Virus record (IMG/VR): IMGVR_UViG_3300032313_000840
Span: 17,932 to 81,931 of that record
DNA: 64,000 nucleotides
Source: a virus
Direction: 5' to 3' (one strand)
Shown: piece by piece, positions 28,127 to 36,936 of the stretch
Numbering within the stretch: the first letter of the stretch is position 1
Layout of the letters: the number at the start of each line of letters is the position of its first letter
Translations under genes and position numbers: made by a program
Notes under the pieces: model-generated
What the model was told of the DNA's origin: nothing
The model's database searches: none
The model's input: the letters and a program-made list of their open reading frames with translations, nothing else

Positions 28127-30304
28127 TTACCTGCCCTTGCGATCCCGGAACTTCATGCCCTCCGGGAAGCAGGGGAGTCCGTAGATCCCGGAGTCCATCT
28201 TGCGGATGGGCTGACCCGCCACGATGTCCACATACCGGGTGAGGAACACGCGGCTACCTGCCCGCTTGCCCATCGTCTTGATGAACTGGTTCTTCACCTT
28301 GGTGAAGTTACCTCCGGTGGCAATCGCCTCCTCGTCCTTGACGGGCTTCGGGGTCTGAATGAGGAAGTACGAATCGTAGCCGGGGAAGGTATCTTCGTGC
28401 AGGACGAGGCATCCCTCCTTGAACGCTTCAGCCGCAGCCTTGTACCGCTCCGAATCTCCAACGGTCACACCACCCTTGTAGTGATGGGAGATCGAATCGG
28501 CATTCTTCTGCTTCTCCTGTTCGCTCAAGCAGAACTGCTCAAAGCAGCGTTCCGTCAGGATACGAGTGGGCATCACATACATTCCAACGCATCGGGCGTT
28601 CAACTTGGTGCGGAGCGAATTGAGCATGGCGCAGATGACGCCATCGGGCAGATTCGTCCTGCCGTTCTTGTTGTCGATGACGGTGACCGTATCAAGGATC
28701 TCGTTCGTCACGGTGAGGGAAGTACCTTCGCCGTACCAGTAGACTCCATCCTCCTTGGAGGTGCTGATGTGGTTGGGGCAACCGTCCGTCACGACCATGA
28801 TCGTGGGGATCTGAATGTTGTTCTCCTGCACCCATCCCGCCATAAACTGGGAAGTGAGGGCAATGCACTCCACCGTGGGCGTACCGTTCAGGGTGAGGTA
28901 ACGGGAAGTGGGGCGGGTCTGCTGCACATAGGTTTCGTAGATGTACGCACACAGACGCTCACGCTTGGCCGCATCGTCCTTGGAGGAGGCAATGTTCAGC
29001 AGCCTAGCCGTCCCGATGTGCATACCCGTGGGGCAGTCACGATTCAAAGCCTGCGCGCACCATTCACGGTCGAACTCGTAGGAGAACTTGTCGGGGTTTT
29101 GCTTCCTCCATGCATCACACGCAGCCTGATACTCGGGATCAAGGTTGCCGTAGACATCGGTGTAGCCGAACACCTCAAACGGGATCTTCGCCTTCTCGCA
29201 GAACCACACCAACTGGAGAACCTGAAGGTAGGCGTGGCCGATGGTCTGACCCATGCTGCCGCTGAAGTCAAGCATGAACACGATGCCGTGGTTCTTGCCG
29301 TCCTGCTTGACGATCTTCGACAGGAAGATATCGTCATGGGTGCGGTACTGGTGGAGGCGGTCAAGGTTCAGCATCCCGGTCTGCTTCGGACGCTCACGGC
29401 GGATCTCGTCCGCAGCCTTCTTGCGCTCAAACTGCGCGGCCATCTGACGGACGAACGCATCGGACTCACGGACGAACTGGCGGTACTCCTCAAGGAGCAG
29501 CGGCCTGTTGCTGTTGCCCTCGTAGTCGTTGAGGATGGTTTCCGTGCTGATGATGTGCTTGGACAGATCCTTGACCCCGGTGATGGTGACCACCGCGTCC
29601 TGATACTGCGAACCGTCCTTGCGGCGGAAGTCACCGGGGACATCGTTCTTGTCGCCCATGATCTTGTCCTGCTCCTTCTCACCCTGCTTGCCACCCTTGG
29701 CAGCAGCAGCCTCCATCTCCTCGCGCATCTTCTTCATGGAGGGGTGGTCGTACAGGAACTTGGCGACCTCAAAGACCTGATCGAAATTGACCACACCGTC
29801 CACCATGTCCACGACCTCCTGCTCCGTCCCCTCAAAGGTCATGGGGATGAAGCCGGGGATGCCGAACTTGAAGTGAATGTTGAGACGATTGAGGAACCCG
29901 GCCTTCGCCAAGTCCATCTTCTTGAAGCCGAACAGGTCAAGGTCTGCGATCTCCTTGTAGCCAAGGAAGAAGTCACGGCGAGTGCCGGGGAACTTCTGCT
30001 TCATCAACTTCTCGATGCGGACATCTTCGATGATGTTGGCGATCCGCTGAAGGAGCATGGCGTTGTAGCCGTCCGCCTCCGCAGCCTTCAACAACTCCTC
30101 GCTGCGCTCGTAGGGAGTCCACATGGCGTGGCTGATCTCGTGGGCCACGAGCATGGTCTTGACGGTTTCGGTCACATCCCACATCGGCATGATGAGGTGA
30201 CGCGACTTGACATCGAACGATGCGGTTTCAGCGTCCTTGGAGAAGGAGAACGAAATGTTCTCGGATGCGAGAGCCTTGGCAAAGATGGAGAGAGAGGTGT
30301 TCAT
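28127..30304 (-). CDS. CobT-like VWA-domain protein with N-terminal HExxH module (MoxR partner)
   Basis: AHEISH..IIEDVRIE; MIDAS DFSGSM, NGTP, VVTDG; leaderless start after TTGACT-N17-TACAAT. Confidence 0.85.
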   Translation of the reverse strand: MNTSLSIFAKALASENISFSFSKDAETASFDVKSRHLIMPMWDVTETVKTMLVAHEISHAMWTPYERSEELLKAAEADGYNAMLLQRIANIIEDVRIEKLMKQKFPGTRRDFFLGYKEIADLDLFGFKKMDLAKAGFLNRLNIHFKFGIPGFIPMTFEGTEQEVVDMVDGVVNFDQVFEVAKFLYDHPSMKKMREEMEAAAAKGGKQGEKEQDKIMGDKNDVPGDFRRKDGSQYQDAVVTITGVKDLSKHIISTETILNDYEGNSNRPLLLEEYRQFVRESDAFVRQMAAQFERKKAADEIRRERPKQTGMLNLDRLHQYRTHDDIFLSKIVKQDGKNHGIVFMLDFSGSMGQTIGHAYLQVLQLVWFCEKAKIPFEVFGYTDVYGNLDPEYQAACDAWRKQNPDKFSYEFDREWCAQALNRDCPTGMHIGTARLLNIASSKDDAAKRERLCAYIYETYVQQTRPTSRYLTLNGTPTVECIALTSQFMAGWVQENNIQIPTIMVVTDGCPNHISTSKEDGVYWYGEGTSLTVTNEILDTVTVIDNKNGRTNLPDGVICAMLNSLRTKLNARCVGMYVMPTRILTERCFEQFCLSEQEKQKNADSISHHYKGGVTVGDSERYKAAAEAFKEGCLVLHEDTFPGYDSYFLIQTPKPVKDEEAIATGGNFTKVKNQFIKTMGKRAGSRVFLTRYVDIVAGQPIRKMDSGIYGLPCFPEGMKFRDRKGR

Positions 30305-30361
30305 GCGCACATTGTAACCGATGCGGGGGAAGAAGTCAACCCACAAACAAAGTTTATTTTG

Positions 30362-30440
30362 CGTCCCATAACGTCCTGTCTGGCTACTATCAGGGCGTCC
30401 AATAAAATCAGAAAGCCCAGACGGGCTTTCTGATAGTAGC
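30362..30440. repeat. nested inverted-repeat module copy 2
   Basis: CGTCCCATAACGTCC..GCTACTATCAG..ATCAGAAAGCCC-AGAC-GGGCTTTCTGAT-AGTAGC. Confidence 0.88.
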
Positions 30441-30490
30441 TCACAGATGCTGCCTCTCCCCCCGCAAGGGGGGGAGAGGCATGAACAGCA

Positions 30491-30712
30491 TCAGACGGTG
30501 ACGGGAGCAATCAGAGGCGTCAGATCGTAGACGCCCTTGCTGTCCGTCTTGCAGTCCTTCAGCACCCAAGTCGGGATGCCCTTCATGTTGATGGACTGTG
30601 CGACTGCGAGGAGGTCGGCCTTGCTGAAGTTGTTGGTGTTACCGCCGTGAACGGTATCCGCGAACTGCTTGGCTGCGGCGACGAAACGATTGCGCTTGTT
30701 GAGGTATGGCAT
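30491..30712 (-). CDS. small protein paralogous to the N-terminal domain of the adjacent MoxR ATPase
   Basis: RNRF..A...FSKADL...IPTWVL....KGVYDL vs RKRNF..A...YTREQC...LPAWLV....RGKYII. Confidence 0.65.
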   Translation of the reverse strand: MPYLNKRNRFVAAAKQFADTVHGGNTNNFSKADLLAVAQSINMKGIPTWVLKDCKTDSKGVYDLTPLIAPVTV

Positions 30713-30734
30713 TTTCTTTTTCTTTCTTTCTTGG

Positions 30735-32084
30735 TTAGGCGTTCATGGCGTACTGGGTGTCGGTGTCGGGGTTGGACAACTTATCCAACTGTGCTTTCAA
30801 TTCTGCGATCTTCTTCTGCTCTGCGGTCAGAGAGTTCACCGGGTTGCTCACCGGGGCATCCTTCATCCCCTCCGGGACAGGGAGGATCGTGGGGTCGATC
30901 TTCGTGTAGAGGTTGAAGAACGCCTCCTTCGTGGACGCATCGAACCGCGTCAGCGTCAACTTGATGGCCTTCTCCTTGTCGCCAAAGATGGCGAACGCCT
31001 TGCACACTTCCTCCAAGCGGCGGGTGGTGATGATGTCATCCAGTCCGCCCTCCTTGAAGCCCATGCGGATCGTTTCCGCCCACTTCGTGAGGTACTGGGC
31101 GAACTCCTTGTCCTCCTTGCCGTATGCCTTCATCTTGCGGATGATGATACGCGCTTCGATGGTGCGATCCGCGTAGTCCTGCTCAAACCAGTAGGAGAAG
31201 CGGTCAAGGAACGCCTCGTTCATGCAGCGCGTACCCACGAACCGATCAGACTCGCCCTTGCCCTTGGTGTTGGCAGTCGCCACCACATTGAAGCCGGAAG
31301 CGGGCTTGATGAACATACCGATCTTCTTGATGTAGATGCCCTTGCCCTCAAGCACGGGCTGAAGGCACATCATGCGCTCCGTCCCGAGGTCGATCTCGTC
31401 CAACAGGAGGATAGAGCCGCGCTGCATGGCCTGAACCACGCCACCGAACACGAACTTCGTTTCGCCGTTGACGAGGCGGAAGCCACCGATGAGGTCATCC
31501 TCGTCCGTTTCGGCGGTGATGTTGACGCGAATGCACTCGCGGCCCGTGGAGGCGCAAATCTGCTCCACCATCGTGGTCTTGCCGTTGCCGGACATACCCG
31601 TGATGTAGACGGGAGCGAACTGCTTGGAGGCGAGGATGGTGGAGATGTCATCGTGGTGACCCCACGGAACGAAAGTCTCGTTCTTGACGGGGACGAGCGA
31701 AACATCGGAGGACGGCATGACGAGGTTGTAGGTGTTGCTGTTCATGTTGCTGATTGTATCACAAGTTTCGGAGGAAGTCAAGGTTTCGGAAGAAGATTCG
31801 GAAATATTTTCTTCCACGGTATCGGACTCTGCGGGATTGTATTCAAGCACGACCATCTCCGGGATGATGTACTTGCCACGACCTGCACGGCGGTTCTTGG
31901 GCTGAACCAGCCAAGCCGGGAGGACTCTGTAGGAATGCTCGCTACTAAGGGCATAGGACTGGCCAAGTGCCTCAAGGCATTGCTCACGGGTGTAGACTGC
32001 TTCCCCGATGGTCTGCGGAGTGCCGAACAGGATCTGAAGGGCATTGAGGAAGTTACGCTTGCGAATGTCGATGTTGCTGTTCAT
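30735..32084 (-). CDS. MoxR/CobS-type AAA+ ATPase
   Basis: Walker A GMSGNGKT, DEDDLIGG, Walker B LLLDEID, TANTKG, NEAFLDRF, TRRL. Confidence 0.92.
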   Translation of the reverse strand: MNSNIDIRKRNFLNALQILFGTPQTIGEAVYTREQCLEALGQSYALSSEHSYRVLPAWLVQPKNRRAGRGKYIIPEMVVLEYNPAESDTVEENISESSSETLTSSETCDTISNMNSNTYNLVMPSSDVSLVPVKNETFVPWGHHDDISTILASKQFAPVYITGMSGNGKTTMVEQICASTGRECIRVNITAETDEDDLIGGFRLVNGETKFVFGGVVQAMQRGSILLLDEIDLGTERMMCLQPVLEGKGIYIKKIGMFIKPASGFNVVATANTKGKGESDRFVGTRCMNEAFLDRFSYWFEQDYADRTIEARIIIRKMKAYGKEDKEFAQYLTKWAETIRMGFKEGGLDDIITTRRLEEVCKAFAIFGDKEKAIKLTLTRFDASTKEAFFNLYTKIDPTILPVPEGMKDAPVSNPVNSLTAEQKKIAELKAQLDKLSNPDTDTQYAMNA

Positions 32085-32145
32085 GCCGCAATCTTACCAC
32101 ACAATCTTTCTAAAGTCAAGTTTGGTCTGAAGATTTTTTATCCAG

Positions 32146-32236
32146 GTCCGATAACCGGTCCGATAACGTCCACTACTATCATAATAATATAAACAGCCTC
32201 AGAAATTCGCTTAAAGGGCGAATTTCTGATAGTAGC
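32146..32236. repeat. nested inverted-repeat module copy 3
   Basis: GTCCGATAAC x2, CTACTATCA..TCAGAAATTCGC-N7-GCGAATTTCTGA-TAGTAGC. Confidence 0.82.
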
Positions 32237-32310
32237 TCAAAGAAACAACCCCCGCTTGCGCGGGGGTTGGTATGAAAGGGAGTTTATCTCCCCGGCATCT
32301 CACCGGGTAC

Positions 32311-32556
32311 TTACACTCCCGTATTGTAGTAGTTCTTCTCGGTCTTGGACTCGCTGACCCTGCAAATCTTTTCAAGGGCCACGATGCGCTGCCACAACTT
32401 CTCTTGCTCAAGGTAGAGATCCTTGACCATCTCGTCTTGATGACGAACGATGCTGTTCAACTTCTCGTTCAGTCGAACGCGGAAGTAGGCGATGGCGAAG
32501 TAGGCGGCACCTGCGAGGGTGATGATGGTGACGAGCGTGTTGAGATCAATGTTCAT
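32311..32556 (-). CDS. small membrane-anchored early protein
   Basis: N-terminal TM plus coiled coil; TTGACA..TATAAT-N6-ATG. Confidence 0.7.
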   Translation of the reverse strand: MNIDLNTLVTIITLAGAAYFAIAYFRVRLNEKLNSIVRHQDEMVKDLYLEQEKLWQRIVALEKICRVSESKTEKNYYNTGV

Positions 32557-32658
32557 GTCTCTATTATACCTCTTGGTTTGGGGTTGTCAAGTCTCGGACG
32601 GAAAAAAAGTTTCTTTTAGTTACAACATCTGACCTAAATATAAGGAGGTGTTATAACT

Positions 32659-33036
32659 ATGAGACCAAAGAAAAATTTTTGGAAATGTCAGGACTGTGGA
32701 GTGGAACTAAAACGGAAACAAGTTCGATGCCGTGGATGCCATGATATCAGGCATCCTGATATGACCATTGAAGAATCGGCTTATGGTGACAAAGGTTGGC
32801 CAAACACTTATGCACGTATCAGAGATAAGGCCAAGTATGTCGTTAAGCATCTTGAATGGACCTGCTGTCGCAATTGTGGGTATGACAAACATTTTGAAAT
32901 TTGTCATATCAAAGCCATAAAAGATTTTTCAAAAGACACTTTATTAAGTGTAGTGAACGATCCTTCTAACCTTGTTCCTCTATGCCCAAATTGCCATTGG
33001 GAGTTTGATAGAGGAATCTTAAAATTGGACGGGTGA
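32659..33036 (+). CDS. HNH homing endonuclease
   Basis: CCRNCGY..EICHIK..NLVPLCPNCHWEFD; late promoter plus AGGAGG. Confidence 0.85.
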   Translation: MRPKKNFWKCQDCGVELKRKQVRCRGCHDIRHPDMTIEESAYGDKGWPNTYARIRDKAKYVVKHLEWTCCRNCGYDKHFEICHIKAIKDFSKDTLLSVVNDPSNLVPLCPNCHWEFDRGILKLDG

Positions 33037-33107
33037 GATTCGAACTCACGATGCCGAAGCGGGCAATTATAAGTCGCCTGCTGCTCTCCACCGCAGCGCG
33101 CCGTCCA
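33025..33107 (-). tRNA. atypical tRNA with UAU anticodon (Ile?) and extended variable arm
   Basis: TGGACGG/CCGTCCA acceptor, GGCGA-CTTATAA-TTGCC, V-arm CGCTTCGGCATC, GTGAG-TTCGAAT-CTCAC. Confidence 0.75.
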
Positions 33108-33108
33108 G

Positions 33109-33186
33109 TGGTGGAGCCTTCATACGGATGCTCCGGTGTCCGTGCAACCGTAGGTTGCCTCTATACGGTTGTTGTAGTTACCGCCA
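33109..33186 (-). ncRNA. candidate pseudoknotted small RNA ending in ACCA
   Basis: ACGGA/TCCGT and GGAGC/GCTCC interleaved stems followed by ACCA. Confidence 0.45.
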
Positions 33187-33246
33187 AACTCATTAATAAT
33201 ATATCTGATTGAGGTACATTGTACCACCTCTTTCTTGTTTGTCAAG

Positions 33247-33320
33247 CGTTCCCGGCAGGATTCGAACCTGCAACCTACAGATTAGAAATCTGTGGCACTA
33301 TCCAGTTGTGCTACGGGAAC
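33247..33320 (-). tRNA. tRNA-Arg(TCT)
   Basis: ACAGA-TTTCTAA-TCTGT. Confidence 0.92.
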
Positions 33321-33447
33321 AAATCGGAAGGGACTACTTCAACGGTACTAGGGGAAGAATGCATTTTTCTTTTAATACATTCCGCAAACCCACCGACCGT
33401 CTTCATACCCTTCCGGGTTGGGTGCCTTGAAGAAGGACACCCGGTAA

Positions 33448-33532
33448 TAGCGCGGGCGGGATTCGAACCCGCAATGTTTCTTATGTATCAGATTTTGAGT
33501 CTGACGTGTTTCGCCAGTTTCACCACCGCGCC
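33448..33532 (-). tRNA. tRNA-Leu(CAA)
   Basis: TCAGA-CTCAAAA-TCTGA, long V-arm. Confidence 0.9.
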
Positions 33533-33546
33533 ATGTAGGTATTGTA

Positions 33547-34017
33547 TCATACCTTTGTTGTCTTGTCAAGTCTCTTTTTGTTTCTGAAGTTATCGGTTGT
33601 TGAGTGACAGTTTGGGCAGAGAAGTTGAAGATTGGTTAGTTCGTTGTTCACTCTGTTGCCATCTACATGGTGAACTTCCAAAGCAATCGGAGACTGTAAC
33701 CAAGTATCATTGTTGCAGGACTCACATCTATGTCCTCTCAATTTTACTAAATTGATTTTAAGTCTGTGATTGTTTGTATACTGAGACCAATCTTTTTGCT
33801 GTGCGTCTTTATTCCATGCTTGGCCCTTCCAATGGCTAGTATCGATGGAATATTTTTGCAAATACTTTTTAGCAGTTTGGTAATTGCTTCCAGCCCTGCT
33901 GTCGTTCAATCCCAACTCTCTCAAGAATCCTGCAAGAGATGTAACTTTTGCAGCAATCTCGGCCAGTTCTTCTTTGGTCTTGCTCCCGATGGTGTTGTAT
34001 TTCTTTCTCATAGGCAT
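33547..34017 (-). CDS. HNH homing endonuclease
   Basis: CESC...LEVHHVDGNRVNN..NLQLLCPNCHS. Confidence 0.88.
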   Translation of the reverse strand: MPMRKKYNTIGSKTKEELAEIAAKVTSLAGFLRELGLNDSRAGSNYQTAKKYLQKYSIDTSHWKGQAWNKDAQQKDWSQYTNNHRLKINLVKLRGHRCESCNNDTWLQSPIALEVHHVDGNRVNNELTNLQLLCPNCHSTTDNFRNKKRLDKTTKV

Positions 34018-34051
34018 AGGCTCCTATACCTATTTAGAAACCTATGCCATT

Positions 34052-34348
34052 CTAAAACAGATCGGGGGTGCTGTCAAGATTTTTCTTTTTGTTTTCCGTC
34101 AGCCCAAACTTCTCATGCAGTTCCTCGTAGAACTCTGCGTTGGGTCGAACCACCTGCTCGTGGAGTCGGTTGCCGTTGATGGCAATCTGCGCTCCCTCTA
34201 CTGCATCGTAGTAGGCGGTGATCAGATCCTGTGGAGGGTTGGCATTGCCTTCAAGCCAATGTTCCATGATCAGGTCTGCGACAATTGCAACCCTGTCGTA
34301 CATCTGCAGGGCGAAGATTTTTTCATCGAAGTCTAGTGGGGTGTTCAT
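34052..34348 (-). CDS. hypothetical early protein
   Basis: GGAG RBS after tRNA-Lys. Confidence 0.6.
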   Translation of the reverse strand: MNTPLDFDEKIFALQMYDRVAIVADLIMEHWLEGNANPPQDLITAYYDAVEGAQIAINGNRLHEQVVRPNAEFYEELHEKFGLTENKKKNLDSTPDLF

Positions 34349-34363
34349 GTTGTTTTCTCCGAA

Positions 34364-34436
34364 TGGGTCCGGTGGGACTTGAACCCACAACCAATAGATT
34401 AAAAGTCTACTGCGCTACCAATTGCGCTACGAACCC
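34364..34436 (-). tRNA. tRNA-Lys(TTT)
   Basis: GTAGA-CTTTTAA-TCTAT; own TTGACA..TACAAT promoter. Confidence 0.92.
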
Positions 34437-34474
34437 GAATGCCCATTGTAACCGATGGGCTGCGGTTTGTCAAG

Positions 34475-34831
34475 TCAGGATTCGAAGTCCTCGTCCGCAT
34501 CCGGGTCGAACGGGTAGTACTCCCGCTCCATCTGACCTGCGTACTCCTCGTAGGTCATCTCCATGACCTGTGCGATCATCATCATGAAGGCGGCGAAACC
34601 CAAGTGAATCTCGGGCACCCTTCCGTCTGCCTTCTCGGTCAACATCCAGTTGGTGACGTACTGGATCCCGTTGGCGACGATCATGCGCTGACCCTCGTCC
34701 TTGTAGAAGTTCGGGTGTTCACCTGCGAACTGCATCAGGGTCTTGACGACATCCAACGGGTCGGGCTTGAAAGCCCCCATGTCGATGTTCTTGCGGGTGA
34801 AGAAACCATCGTACTTGTTCTGCGGTGACAT
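34475..34831 (-). CDS. hypothetical early protein
   Basis: 118 aa, GC3-rich codons. Confidence 0.7.
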   Translation of the reverse strand: MSPQNKYDGFFTRKNIDMGAFKPDPLDVVKTLMQFAGEHPNFYKDEGQRMIVANGIQYVTNWMLTEKADGRVPEIHLGFAAFMMMIAQVMEMTYEEYAGQMEREYYPFDPDADEDFES

Positions 34832-35049
34832 TAGCGAATCTCCTTGAGGGTGGTGTGCAGGGACATGACGAACTCGTATTCTTCTTCGGTGACCATATCA
34901 GGGCCGCTGATCTGCGTCAGGATGAAGTAGCCTTGAGCGAGGCGGGCAATGTCCTCATCGTACTCGGCCCAATCGGGGTGTTCGGTGACGAAGTTTGCGA
35001 TCTCGTTGATGAGGTCGGAGATGTCGGTGGTGGTGGTGGGCTTTCTCAT
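34831..35049 (-). CDS. hypothetical acidic early protein
   Basis: TTGACA..TACAAT-N6-ATG. Confidence 0.7.
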   Translation of the reverse strand: MRKPTTTTDISDLINEIANFVTEHPDWAEYDEDIARLAQGYFILTQISGPDMVTEEEYEFVMSLHTTLKEIR

Positions 35050-35363
35050 GTCGGTATTGTAACAGATTCGGGGACTGGTGTCAAGGTCACGCTGTGAAAA
35101 TGTTTTACTTGTTTTGCGTACCGGATGAAACTGTGCATCTTGTCATCCGGCAGTTCGACCGACATGTTTATTGTGTAGGTGTCGATGCCGAAAACAAAAC
35201 TTTGATCTACGTGCGTGTTCATTCGAACATCGAACATCCCGGTCGGATCTGCGAGGGCCAGGCATTGGAACACACTCTTGACCATCTTCTGCAACCTGCG
35301 CTTATGCCATCCCATGGAATGGGTCAGCGGGGAATGCATCTCAATGGTGACGGTGGCGATCAT
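35046..35363 (-). CDS. hypothetical early protein
   Basis: ATGA-coupled to upstream gene. Confidence 0.6.
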   Translation of the reverse strand: MIATVTIEMHSPLTHSMGWHKRRLQKMVKSVFQCLALADPTGMFDVRMNTHVDQSFVFGIDTYTINMSVELPDDKMHSFIRYAKQVKHFHSVTLTPVPESVTIPT

Positions 35364-35596
35364 TCGAAGTCTCCGTCATCGATGAAGTCGGGAACATCCC
35401 GGTCAAGGTCATCGTCGCCGTAGCAGTAGTCATCGTCAGAGTCGTACAGCCCGACCATGCGCTTGGCTTCTTCTTCGGTGTAGCCATCTTCCACCAGTTC
35501 AGCAACGGCTTCTTCCTCGGTAACATCGTCAAGGCAGGAGTCGTAGGCGTGATCGTCGTTGTCGTAGTCGCTGTCAATGTCGTAGGAGTTGTTCAT
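35360..35596 (-). CDS. extremely acidic small early protein
   Basis: MNNSYDIDSDYDNDD...; TTGACT..TACCAT-N6-ATG. Confidence 0.7.
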   Translation of the reverse strand: MNNSYDIDSDYDNDDHAYDSCLDDVTEEEAVAELVEDGYTEEEAKRMVGLYDSDDDYCYGDDDLDRDVPDFIDDGDFE

Positions 35597-35653
35597 GCCG
35601 GCATGGTAACACAGGATCCAAGGGAAGTCAAGAGAAAGAGAAAATATATTTGG

Positions 35654-35734
35654 CGTCCCATAACGTCCTGTCCGGGCTACTATCAGGGGGCGCATAAAAA
35701 TCAGATTCCCTCAGAGGGAATCTGATAGTAGCCC
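35654..35734. repeat. nested inverted-repeat module copy 4
   Basis: CGTCCCATAACGTCC..GGGCTACTATCAG..ATCAGATTCCCT-CAG-AGGGAATCTGAT-AGTAGCCC. Confidence 0.88.
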
Positions 35735-35873
35735 AAAGAACATGACCCACCCTAAAGAGGATGGGTCAGAGGTTTTGGAGGCTCGGTTACCTCCATGCCT
35801 TCTCCCGTTGCAACCGGAAGAATTGGTTTCAGGGCCCAGACCTAGGCCAACGCTCAAGCCCATCCCGTATTTT

Positions 35874-36173
35874 TTAGTTCATGTTCAGCATCTTCTCCGT
35901 CTTGCGAGAGTATGCTCCGATCCCGTCGATCTTATCCTCACCGATCAGGATCCAGTCCTTCTTGATGATGTCGAAGGCGCAGATGTAGCCTTCGATGGTG
36001 TGACGAGCACCAGTCGGCAGGTTGCCTCCCAGTTGCTTGATGAACACGGGGTCAGTCGTGATCTCACGCGAGGTTGGGGTGCCGTCCTTCTTCCTGAACG
36101 ACACAAAGAGCGTATCGTTGTTGGAGAGAGCAACGCGAAGAATCGTGGACATCGGAAGTTCGGTGGTGTTCAT
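35874..36173 (-). CDS. WYL_2/Sm-like SH3-barrel protein
   Basis: VSFRKKDGT..RE.TTDP...FDI.KKDW; leaderless start. Confidence 0.65.
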   Translation of the reverse strand: MNTTELPMSTILRVALSNNDTLFVSFRKKDGTPTSREITTDPVFIKQLGGNLPTGARHTIEGYICAFDIIKKDWILIGEDKIDGIGAYSRKTEKMLNMN

Positions 36174-36279
36174 GTGGGTATTGTACCTTGTGTGAGTGCG
36201 AAAGTCAAGTGGCGTGTAGATTTCTTTTAAACTTCCTCCCGGCCCCTTGCGGGGCCGGGAGGCTACATGCACCACCATG

Positions 36280-36669
36280 TTAGATCGGGAGGTTGACATT
36301 GCCGAACTGGGCGAAGTGACGGTTGAAGCATTCCGTCACGATGTTCTCAAGCGGCATGATCCTGACGCCAGTCTCCTTGAAGGAGGCGTCCGCTGCCTGT
36401 GCGTAGTAGGACACCGATCCGTCACGGATGTTGTCCACGAACTCCTGCCAGTCCAAACCCAGTTCCGTCACGATCATGTAGACGAGGGTCTTTTCGGCAT
36501 CGGTGAACCAGTCGAACGGCAGGGACACGGTGATCTCGCACAGGGCGAGGGCGGCGTTGATCTCGGCGGGTTCGTTCTTGAACTCCGGCGTCTTGTTGGC
36601 GGTCAGGACGAGGGAAACAACGAGGTCATCGATCTTGGCGAGGCGGACGGGCTTGGTGGTGTTCTTCAT
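36280..36669 (-). CDS. hypothetical early protein
   Basis: AAGGA RBS. Confidence 0.7.
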   Translation of the reverse strand: MKNTTKPVRLAKIDDLVVSLVLTANKTPEFKNEPAEINAALALCEITVSLPFDWFTDAEKTLVYMIVTELGLDWQEFVDNIRDGSVSYYAQAADASFKETGVRIMPLENIVTECFNRHFAQFGNVNLPI

Positions 36670-36687
36670 GGTGGTGTTCCTTGTGGG

Positions 36688-36936
36688 TTAGGCGGCGAGA
36701 ATCTTCTTGATGCGTTCGTCAGCACGGCGGGACATATCGGCGTCCAGTTCACGGGCCTTCTTCGCCTCCTCCTTGATGCGGCACAGGAGATACTGCAGTC
36801 CTTGGAGGTCGTTTTCTTCCATGTAGTCTGCGATGCCCTCCAAGTAGAGGAGCGAGGAGGCGAGGTAACCGTAGGCGTAGGCGTGGTCGTGGGTGACGGA
36901 GGCGGGGATCTTGACGGTGGTGGTGCTGTTCTTCAT
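36688..36936 (-). CDS. hypothetical early protein
   Basis: TACAAT-N6-ATG. Confidence 0.7.
   Translation of the reverse strand: MKNSTTTVKIPASVTHDHAYAYGYLASSLLYLEGIADYMEENDLQGLQYLLCRIKEEAKKARELDADMSRRADERIKKILAA

Noticed and set aside
28043-30433. 796-aa plus-strand ORF
   Set aside because: Antisense shadow of the GC3-rich VWA gene; no motifs, promoter or RBS
30669-32192. 507-aa plus-strand ORF (also 36247-37308, 353 aa)
   Set aside because: Antisense shadows of real minus-strand genes caused by codon bias
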